Source: Paraphysomonas bandaiensis
Lineage: Eukaryota; Protista; Chrysophyceae
Direction: 5' to 3'
Assembly: GCA_965644295.1 (NCBI GenBank)
Contig: CBFFRP010000447.1
Coordinates: 1-35,997, forward strand
Length of the DNA stretch: 35,997 bases
Shown here: one piece after another, positions 13,601 to 26,694 of the stretch
How the letters are laid out: each line of letters begins with the position of its first letter
Numbering within the stretch: the stretch's first letter is position 1
Program-made: the position numbers and the translations under genes
Notes under the pieces: generated by a model
What the model was told of the DNA's origin: nothing
Database searches by the model: none
What the model saw: only the letters and a program-made list of their open reading frames with translations

Positions 13601-16600
13601 CGAAATCAATCCACCCCATTGCAATACTGTGATAAAGGTTCAACTCCACTGTGGTGATCATACAACTGAGTTACCATGCTCCGAGGCTGCCAAGGAGTTG
13701 TCTTCCCCAACACAGTGTCTTGAAATGACCAATAGCATACGCCCGCGATGCTTGCACCCAATATCTTTGCGTTGTTTTGAGAAAACTCATTTGAAGAAAT
13801 TGTGGGAAGAATCATCTGGGTGTGCTGCAATACAAAACACAATTCGCAATGAAACTACTACTGTCGTAATGGAAGGTGTGCATTATGGACAAGGCGAGGA
13901 TCAACTCTTGCCTTCAATAAACGTCAAGCGTTGTACTAGACCTGTACGTTTCCAGCGTAAATGTGGGCATATTATAACTAGAGTTCCTTGCGCTGAAGCA
14001 TTTGACTATGCGAATGGGGTAAAATCATTACAAGAGTGCACTGAAAAAGTAGAAGACTTTTGTCCCATCTGTCGAAGCCAGATACGCATCCCCTGTTGCA
14101 AAATCGAGTGTGTAAAAAAGTGGAGGTGGCAAAGTCTGTTTGACTTTGTTGAGGGTTCAGTAGTTGCTCAGGAGTCTCGAGTAAAGCATGTTATGCTTTC
14201 CGCTGAAGACAAAGAGATATGCGACATTCTGAAAAGGTGCAAATGCATTGGTGAGATAACGCTCGCTCGACAGTGTCACCCCAGCCATCGCATGAGGTTT
14301 AATTGCTACGCCCTCTTACAAGTTATCCTAGATCCTACCATGTTAAAACCATGTGAGGAAGTCGTATTACGACAGCTGAGGTGTGGACATGAGGCTAGTG
14401 TGCCCTGCAACAAACCCGATCCAGAGTGTCATCAGAAACCGGAAGAGTTATATATGTTTAAAAGTTGCAAACATCGTATCGAACTGCAGACATGCAGCCA
14501 GTTACAGAGTTATCGTAATGGCTCAGTACGAGTTGAGTGTAAAGAACTTTTGAGGCATCGTCTATACCGCTGTGGACATAATGTGACTATTCCATGCCAT
14601 CTGGCCCAAACACTGAAGCAGCCAACCGTGGGCCTTACTTTAGGTAACAGAGTTACGGATGCAACAGCAGTCGTAGAGGTAGGGATCCCTTACTGCAATC
14701 GATGTTCCGATGTAGTATGTGAAGCCAAAGTATCTCTTCTGCTGAAGTGTGGCCATGAGTTGGCCAATATAGACTGTGATAGTGCATTTGCTTATGCGCG
14801 AGGCGATGCTGAACCACCATTATGCAGAAAAGTGGTGTCATGGAAGAGTCCCATATGTGGGCACGATGTTAGCATTCATTGTTGTAATGTTGATACCGTA
14901 AAAGATTGGAGACCCTGGATAGAAGGGATGCCACGAGTTATCAGTAATACTTTTTCTTATCCGTTACCACCTCTGGACATGTCAAAGCGTCATGGCGATT
15001 ATTTTTCATGTGATGCTGAGGTTACTGTACTGTTTGAGGAGTGTCAGCACAGTCATGTTTATCTCTGCTCAACTCTATTTGAGAAACCGCAAGGCTTGCA
15101 GTGTACAGAGGAAGTTATTTTCCAATGCATTCGAGGTTGCGGAGCTGATATAAAAATGCCTTGCTATAGGCATCGACAACTTACAAAGGAACAGTTGATG
15201 GAAGTCTGCGACAATACTATCACTGCTACGTGTCAAGAATGTGGAATCAATGACGTCGATGTTCGCTGCAGTAATCAGCATTATGTTGAGTGTAAAAGAA
15301 CTGTTTCGTGTACTTTGTCATGCCAACATCAGGTCTCATGGCACTGTGGAAATGACATTGACCCTAGGAAAGGAGAAACTGGAGGTTCACCACCTTCGTT
15401 GAACGACCTGTGTCCTCATTGTGTGCGTGATGCATGGGCTTATGAAACGAATAGTATAGTGTTAGATCAAACAACTTTACATGACGTAGCCCGAGAAATG
15501 ATAATAGAGAATATTGAGGGTGGCGAAAAAGCTATAGTTTCAGAAGAAAATATTTCTATTCCCAAATTTTCTGAACTGCAAAAAGTTCGCGGTAAAATTA
15601 TTTTGAAGTTACTGGAGGCGATGGAAAACCAGAACTGTGATAGGTTCTTGCCTCCCGAACCTTACACCACCTGTATTTCTCAGTACATTCGAAAAAATTT
15701 CGATATCGTGTTTTTAGAGGTTCCTTATGACCGTAAACCTGATGCTACAACAGTTTGTCGCCGTTTCAACACCTCGAACACAGTATATGGGCAAGGGGTG
15801 GAAGCCCACCTTTTTCAAAAGGAATTAATTCACAACCTCGCTACATCCCATGGTCGAGTGAAATTATGTGTGGGGCTTGCCTACTCTAAGAGAATGCTAT
15901 GTAATGAACTGCCATGGGTAATCGGTAATGGAAGCGAAAACGTTCGCAAGCGAGCCAATAAAATGATGCATGAAAGTAGGAAAAAGGGATATGATTGCGT
16001 GGAAGTAAATACCGCTGATGGTAAAACGCTGAGCAAAAGAGTGTACTGGGAACCGGGAGCAATTATTCCGATATCTATATTGGAGTTACAACTTCATACT
16101 TCCTGTCCAGTGTGTTGGAATTATTACGCTCGCGACAGTTTGAACGGGGCAATATGCTCCGAGGGACACTTTCTTTGTTGGGACTGTTTTGGAGAGTACT
16201 TACAAAGTGCGAAAAACGACGATGCAATCAAATCCTACGTGGATTCAACTTGCAAGCTATGCTGCCCTGAATGTAATAAAGGGTATGATGTTATCCATCT
16301 TATATCGAACGAATCTCCGAAGCATATGTGCAACCAGCTCTTGGAAGTACAGCGAGAAATAGAGCTACGAAAACACGAAAGTACTGTTTTACAAGAAGCA
16401 CGCGAGGTATATGATATATTTGTGTACAGCAATGCTGTGTTGACTGTCAATGGTGTAATAGGCTTATGATAAACAACTACGCGAGGAGATTAAGCGTATT
16501 GAAGAAATGAATGAACTTGATCGTCAGGTTCACATTCTTCGTCGGATAATTGAGGAAGATATTTTAACTCAAAAGTGTCCCCGATGCAAGCAAGCATTTG

Positions 16601-16899
16601 ATACTTTTGACGGTTGCTTTGCTTTGACTTGTTTGCGAAATAATTGCGGTGCAAGTTTTTGTGCGTGGTGTCTTAAGGATTGTGGGCATGATGCACACCG
16701 ACATGTGGCCCACTGCAAGTATGGACATGGCGACGTCTTTGGAAGTATTGAAGAACTTAATAAAGTTCGAAAGCGGCGCGCCCGTCGGAAAATTCTGGAT
16801 TTGGTGATGCAAAAACCCAAGCAAGTAAAGAAAAAACTTCAGGAATTGATGAAAGTTGTATTTGATGAGGATCTGGACAAACTTCGGATCGACGAATGA
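7606..16899 (+). CDS. ZNFX1-like UPF1-family SF1 helicase with NF-X1-like zinc fingers, PARP-like domain, RING1 and Rcat; exons 7606-11545, 11611-16406, 16462-16899 (~3057 aa)
   Basis: Introns GTATGT..GCAG (65 nt) and GTATAT..ATAG (55 nt) join the three large ORFs in frame. Motifs: ISWRTSYRLQPSSLV (ZNFX1-type), QGPPGTGKS, SFKNHALDEFL, LVRLG, IIVEEACEV, IGDHRQLPA, SLFQRL, LEEQRRM, ITPYQGQ, STVDRYQGDENDIVILSLVR, NRFIVATSRAR. These are followed by many C-x(n)-CGH-x3-C repeats and C-terminal zinc-binding domains. Confidence 0.88.
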
Positions 16900-18683
16900 A
16901 CTACAAGTAGCCTACATCATGCTTTTCTTTGCACAATTATTCAATTTGCACCTGTACATGAGTTGTCGTACACAGCTCTGTGTTTGCAAGAGATATGTAG
17001 TATATTGCACAAGATCTCATACGAACACCAATAGGGGAAGGTGATATCCTTGTTCTATCCTCTACGCATTTTTAATATATAGTAGTAGTACAATGATAAA
17101 GTTGAATATGATGTGATAAATCAAAGGAAAATATTTCACAAATAGAAATGTTGCAAGGCGTTTAGTAAAGCTTATGTGATAGGAAAATATTAATATTTCA
17201 ACGTATACCAACTCAACTATCCTTAAATTTACTAGCAGAATTTACTTAGGTTTGCTACTTGCTCACCCACTGCAGATTATTGGCTGAGTGTATAGAATGA
17301 GAAATTTTGGTTGTACAATCTTATCTTCATTGAACACTACCACTTGAATATGAATATAGTAGTCAATCACGACTCCTAAATTCTTATCGTGTTGTCATTG
17401 AACACGCTATATTTGTTGAACATACAGCTGTCATACGTCATACTTGGTGTCTTATCTGATAAAATGTTACATCTGTGCTTTCTCGATAAACCACTTACAG
17501 TGTCAAATAGTGATGGTACCCTATATCCTAAGATAACAGACAACGTTGTGTGTAGTGGAAGCAATAGTGCATAAGCATGGAGGATTGGTCACAGTCGTCA
17601 AAATCTGACTCAATGGGTCTCATTCTAATAATTCTCAGTAAACTAATCTCTTCCAACCTTATCTATACAAGCCATACCCTGCTCATTTGACACTCTTCAG
17701 AAGGCAGAACCAGCGGCACATGGAGCATGCAATGCGTTGATGTCATTACAATTGATGACATCTAACAGGACACTACAAACCCATTCGGGAGCTCTGTAGT
17801 AGTCGATACGAATGGTGTGAAGTAGTGCCAGACACCATGCTCCTTGTGCATGAAGTATTACAACTAACACCGGATGCAACGCGAACATGGGTATTTAAGC
17901 CTCCTCAGTGAGTGAAGAGATATTGATAGTTGTATCTCCTCCTCCATGTGTACAGGTGATATATATATGATAGGGAATAGTGCAAAAGCCTTTTTATAAC
18001 ACTTGACACTTAATGCAACTTATTATTATTATTGCAGCTCTCTAAACTCTGCTATATCTAAAAATCCATATCCTGTCCCTATTTTCTCATAGCTAATTCT
18101 AGAAGCGGTTTCCCAACCACAAATAGTAGTCATATAGAAATCAGAAATCCCTTAACTTTCTACCACCTTGTCCTATATCATCCTACAGAATACCACCATA
18201 ATACCGTACGCGTTATATTAAAGTCCATTATGTCCGGATAGTCATCCCAACCCTATATTTAGCATATCTTCTGATCTCATCATAACTACCATCTATGTCT
18301 CATCTAATATTACAACCTGCACTACTTCATCCTTCTCCTTATACCAAGCTAGCTTCCAAAATCACCCACACTCATCATACCCAATTTTGCTACAAAAGCT
18401 TTCACATTGGGTTAGCAAGACAATATATTGATGTTGATTTCTTTATGGATTATATAGTGAATGGCGTAGTTCTTAATACACTCATAGCAGAAATAAATAC
18501 CGTACGCATAGCTAAACGACGTCCGACACGTAATCGAATAGACAGCTGAGCTTCTCCAACGGCTTTGTCCCCGCCACCACTAAATCCAGACAGTCAGGTA
18601 TCAAAATATTCTGCGTCAATCCAAAGAACAGGGAGAACTGGTCTTTATCGCCAGCATGCAGTATGCATAACAAAATAGCGACG

Positions 18684-20538
<1,855 letters not shown>

Positions 20539-20688
20539 GTCGGGCTCGGCTTAATTGGACGAGTAGCTTATGATGAATATGAAGATGCATGCAGACAACT
20601 CAAGAGCATAAACAACACTGCCGATGAACCTTCCTACATAATACATAAGGAGCAGCACCACTGGAAGTACTATACGACTGTACGTACG

Positions 20689-21337
20689 TACATACATACC
20701 TACATGCATACATACATACATACATACATACATACATACATACATACATACATACATACATACATACATACATACATACATACATACATACATACATACA
20801 TACATACATACATACATACATACATACATACATACATACATACATACATACATACATACATACATACATACATACATACATACATACATACATACATACA
20901 TACATACATACATACATACATACATACATACATACATACATACATACAATACATACATACATACATACATACATACATACATACATACATACATACATAC
21001 ATACATACATACATACATACATACATACATACATACATACATACATACATACATACATACATACATACATACATACATACATACATACATACATACATAC
21101 ATACATACATACATACATACATACATACATACATACATACATACATACATACATACATACATACATACATACATACATACATACATACATACATACATAC
21201 ATACATACATACATACATACATACATACATACATACATACATACATACATACATACATACATACATACATACATACATACATACATACATACATACATAC
21301 ATACATACATACATACATACATACATACATACATACA

Positions 21338-21368
<31 letters not shown>

Positions 21369-21439
21369 CATAAATACATACATACATACATACATACATA
21401 CATACATACATACATACATACATAAATACATACATACAT
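20689..21439. repeat. (TACA)n microsatellite, ~750 bp
   Basis: Near-perfect tetranucleotide run with a few 1-nt slips. Confidence 0.98.
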
Positions 21440-21526
21440 GCATGATTCGTCAGTTGGGTTCTGTATGTTGATGGAATGGAACATCGTGTAGGTGGTATTT
21501 AAGTGAGATTAATCACATCTATTAAA

Positions 21527-24500
21527 ATGCCCCATGAGTGGAGGGCTCTCGTCAGTGCCGTCAGTCGGCATATGCCCGCATTGTTTACGAGGCTACTGGA
21601 GGTTGTGGACATCGTGTTCGGACCCAAACAGGTACATCCTTAAGGAAATATACGTACACTCAGAAACACTAACCGCTATGTGTATGTTATAGTTATATAC
21701 ATGGTTATGTGTATGTTATAGTTATATATGGTTATGTGTATGTTATAGTTATATATATGGTTATGTGTATGTTATAGTTATATACATGGTTATGTGTATG
21801 TTATAGTTATATATGGTTATGTGTATGTTATAGTTATATATATGGTTATGTGTATGTTATAGTTATATATATGGTTATGTGTATGTTATAGTTATATATA
21901 TGGTTATGTGTATGTTATAGTTATATATATGGTTATGTGTATGTTATAGTTATATATATGGTTATGTGTATGTTATAGTTATATATATGGTTATGTGTAT
22001 GTTATAGTTATATATATGGTTATGTGTATGTTATAGTTATATATATGGTTATGTGTATGTTATAGTTATATATATGGTTATGTGTATGTTATAGTTATAT
22101 ATATGGTTATGTGTATGTTATAGTTATATATATGGTTATGTGTATGTTATAGTTATATATATGGTTATGTGTATGTTATAGTTATATATATGGTTATGTG
22201 TATGTTATAGTTATATATATGGTTATGTGTATGTTATAGTTATATATATGGTTATGTGTATGTTATAGTTATATATGTGGTTATGTGTATGTTATAGTTA
22301 TATATATGGTTATGTGTATGTTATAGTTATATATGGTTATGTGTATGTTATAGTTATATATATGGTTATGTGTATGTTATAGTTATATATATGGTTATGT
22401 GTATGTTATAGTTATATATATGGTTATGTGTATGTTATAGTTATATATATGGTTATGTGTATGTTATAGTTATATATATGGTTATGTGTATGTTATAGTT
22501 ATATATATGGTTATGTGTATGTTATAGTTATATATATGGTTATGTGTATGTTATAGTTATATATATGGTTATGTGTATGTTATAGTTATATATATGGTTA
22601 TGTGTATGTTATAGTTATATATATGGTTATGTGTATGTTATAGTTATATATATGGTTATGTGTATGTTATAGTTATATATATGGTTATGTGTATGTTATA
22701 GTTATATATATGGTTATGTGTATGTTCTAGTTATATATATGGTTATGTGTATGTTATAGTTATATATATGGTTATGTGTATGTTATAGTTATATATATGG
22801 TTATGTGTATGTTATAGTTATATATATGGTGATGTGTATGTTATAGTTATATATATGGTTATGTGTATGTTATAGTTATATATATGGTTATGTGTATGTT
22901 ATAGTTATATACATGGTTATGTGTATGTTCTAGTTATATATATGGTTATGTGTATGTTATAGTTATATATATGGTTATGTGTATGTTATAGTTATATATA
23001 TGGTTATGTGTATGTTATAGTTATATATATGGTTATGTGTATGTTATAGTTATATATATGGTTATGTGTATGTTGTAGCTATCATTGTTTTTTTGGTGCG
23101 TGTTTTAGTTTTATTCTTGTGTGACTGTATCTTGTGTATTTTAGTTATGGGGATGTTATGGTTATGTGTATTTTTGATCCGAATGTACGGAGTAACATGT
23201 TTTAGTTGTGTGTGCGTTATAGCTTTATATATATTATTGTTGAATATATTTTTGTTGCATGAAAGTTATGGTTATGTGTATATTATTGGATTTAGCTATA
23301 TTTACTGTGTGTGTAAAGTTTATTAGAATAGTGTTTTATTTATGGTTATTTACATGTATACAGGTGGTGAAACACGTTTTGCTTGCGGCAACTGCTCAGT
23401 GTATTATAGTTGGAGTACACCGTTTAAGCATGGGGATTGATTTTGCGTGGAGTCTTGTGCACCGTAAAAGTGCAGAGAAAAGAGCTCTCACATGGCGAAT
23501 GCAACAGGCGACTGACTTTTTTGCATGGCGTCGTATAGCTGAAGAACTGGACGATATGCTAGGGAACACGGAGTGGATTGAAGAGGATTCGTCACCTCTA
23601 TATGACTGGCGGGTTCTGTCGAGACGAGCAGCACAGATCCAGCACATGCTGTACAGTCGTGATACATTTGGACTCATGTTCCGACTCAGAGGGGCCATTA
23701 GCAGGGATCAGTACGGTATGCAGAATCATGGTTTATTTTCTCGTGCACTCAGCGGTACCAAACGACTGATACAGCAGTATCATGATTACGTAACCACAGC
23801 GTTGCAATTTATTGCCGATAAAGATCCTGATTCTGAGGTGAAACTGACAACAGTTACTGGAAATTTCATCATTGAATTGATTATTAGGTGCCCACTGATG
23901 CGAAGTTGGCATTTTTTAATGAAACCAGGCATTGCTATGGCCGGACAGCTCTACTTCTTTCTGGGGGTGCGTATCTGGGATTTTACCATATAGGCATTGT
24001 TAAGGAATTGCACGACCGGGGATTGTTACCCCGTGTTATATCGGGAGCAAGTGCTGGGAGTCTCATCGCGGCTGCTGTGGGGTACGGACGTGCATGTGTG
24101 CCGGAGTGTAGATTTTACTATTATTAGCCGTTTTTTCAACATCGCTGCCATGCACACATGTATATAGACGTGCGTTGTAGTGTGGTAATATATAGGATTG
24201 GCAACTTGTTTGTGGAAAATATGAATTATTGCCCACTGACCAGTGTTACATAATTTTATCTATGACAACTGGATTTGCGTAATGTCTGCTGTAGGGTCAG
24301 AAATGATGAAGAGCTCGATGCCCTCAATGAATACACTATTCCTCGCTTGGACCACTTTTTACATGACTGGGAGATTCCTGGTCCTTCCGCAAAGTGGTTA
24401 AGTAGGCGATATTTGGAACGAATTATACCAGAAAAGTATCACTACCTCGTCTCCTTTTTTTTTGGCGTACTTGTGGACAGAAGATCATTTATTAAACTTG

Positions 24501-26289
24501 ATACTAACCGCCTTGTGGAGGTGTGTAACCTACTATAGTGCTTTTAAAACTGCTAACCATCATATAGGTGACAAAAGAGAACTGTGGGGAACTAACGTTT
24601 CAGGAGGCGTTTGACAGAACTGGCCGTATTATTAACATCACAGTAGCTCCAGTGAATAATTATGACCCTCCTAGGCTACTCAACTACCTCACTGCCCCTC
24701 ATGTATGTGTATGGAGTGCGGCGATTGCTTCCTGTGCGATACCAGGTAAATGGTTGTCACCTTTCCACCAACCTTGACAAGGCGTTATTGCCTCGTAACA
24801 ATGATATTTTGCCTATCATGGAATCTAATGATACGTGTAGGGGTGTTCGACTCGGTACCCCTGATTGTGAGAGAGCCGGATGGAGTTTTTACAGAGGAGC
24901 ATGTTTGGACCAGACAAGGACCAGCTCCGTCAAGTGGCGGGGGTGACGACACCCTCGTCATCGACAGGGTGCGGTATAGTGATGGTAGTGTGGAGAGTGA
25001 TCTGCCGATGGAACAGCTCGCAGAGTTGTTCAACATAAATCACTTCATTGTAAGCCAGGTATGTTGTATTGAGGGCCCCATACGTGTTTTGATTTATCAA
25101 TTAAAGTTTATGGTGTATATTAAGTGCGTATGTTATTATATGCGACGCACTGCTGATATCAACTTATTAAGGTCAATCCTCATTCACCATTTCTCTCTTC
25201 TCTGACGGCGGATGCTTCCGTGTGGTCTCACTGGTCGTATACCTTTATAGCCGGTACGTTACGATTTCTCAAGACACAAATACGTAGCTACGTGAGAAAT
25301 CTGGTGGATTTGGTCGTCTATAGAGCAATTGCTCCTTCATGGTCAAGCAGGCGGGGTGTGATTCAGGCACTAACTCAGGTACCTTTCTGAGTTGTGGCCT
25401 GACGTGCATTGCATTCTTCTAAATACATGCCCAATCATTGCTCTTTTGGAATGTACAATATACAGGATTACACTGGTAGAGATAGCGATATCACTGTGAC
25501 TCCTTGGATGCAACACCTTTCTCTCCCAAAAGCTATCGCGTCGACCATCAAGGTGTGTTGTACGAATAAAATGTATCAGTATATCATATTGTTGTGGTCC
25601 GTAGAACCCTAGTCGCAATGAGATAAAGGATATTATTTTGACGAGTAGAAGAAGTCTGTGGCCCCATATTGCTCGGATAGAAGCCAGGTGTAGAGTGGAA
25701 ATGACACTCGATAAGTAGGGTTGAGCATTATGCACGACGTCTCGCTAATATATTATACTGTATTAGATGTGTGCAGAAGCTGCGAGTGCAGATGATGAAG
25801 GAAAACCTTCACAGGGATGACAGCAGCGTCTGTTCTGTGGATAGCGGTACCACAAATTCGTCATATACAAGTCGTGCTATTCTTACTCTTTCTGGCTTGT
25901 CTGTTTCTGACCCCGTACGCGGAACGGAAGAATTATCTTCTGATTTTCTGGGGAAAGAGAGGGGTAGCACTGCTACATTCCTAAAGGATTTCGGAGATAT
26001 GTTGATTCAGGATACCTGTGAAAGCAGCGACGATATGGGTAGAGATGGAAAGACATGTGTACCAGTAATGACCAGAACTACCAGTGACCCACAAGGGGGA
26101 CTCTGTTCTGATAACAGTACTTCCGGCAGTAGGATTCGCAGTAGTGCATCATGTGGAGATGTCAAGATTGAGGGCGAATCAAAAAGTACCAATGTAATGG
26201 ACAGTAGTCAGCGTTTTGTTCGAAAAGGCTCCATGGCCAACTTCTACTATCAACACAACGCCTCAAGTAATAGCTTATCTAGTAAATAG
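21527..26289 (+). CDS. Patatin-like triacylglycerol lipase (SDP1/TGL3-5 family); ~10 exons, first exon 21527-21631, second starts at 23364
   Basis: DUF3336-like N-region (W..AEELD..GN..W..SPLYD), [19 protein letters not shown], catalytic [76 protein letters not shown] junctions keep frame. Confidence 0.9.
21677..23077. repeat. 29-bp minisatellite (TATGTGTATGTTATAGTTATATATATGGT), ~48 copies, inside lipase intron 1
   Basis: Head-to-tail units with occasional 27-bp variants; decays into degenerate copies toward 23360. Confidence 0.97.
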
Positions 26290-26694
26290 AAGAAGGAATA
26301 GGGTATCCTCGTATACAATACTATCATGTTCTAACTCTCCTTGTAATTTAGAAAAAAATCGTGTATTGATTTTATATCTGAAGTATATAGTATATATGTA
26401 AATATATGTAGTACAAGTATATGCAAGAGCGGTAGAGTTATAAATAATTATTGCCGTCAAATGCAGCTTTATTCTTACGTTTTAAGGTTTATACTAAGGA
26501 ACGATCATATATCGTGTGTTAATACTACATCGTTTGCTATATCTACACATTTGTTGATATTAAACAAAACATCACATATATTCTCACTGCTTTAAATTCT
26601 TAGTGGTGTAGCATTTAACAACTGATGTTTCCATAAAGTATAAATAATGATAAAAATAAGTTTTCTAGTACATAACACATATCAACAATCACAC

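Noticed and set aside
7995-16824. Numerous short antisense/alternate-frame ORFs within the helicase gene
   Set aside because: Shadow ORFs with no recognisable motifs.
17140-17900. Possible decayed repeat copy or small gene in the helicase-Rpt2 gap
   Set aside because: Only very short matches (AGGCGTTTA, ACTAGCAGAAT) and motif-less short ORFs; insufficient support.
21677-23077. 29-bp repeats as a CRISPR array
   Set aside because: Units are contiguous with no unique spacers, there are no cas genes, and the context is a eukaryotic intron.
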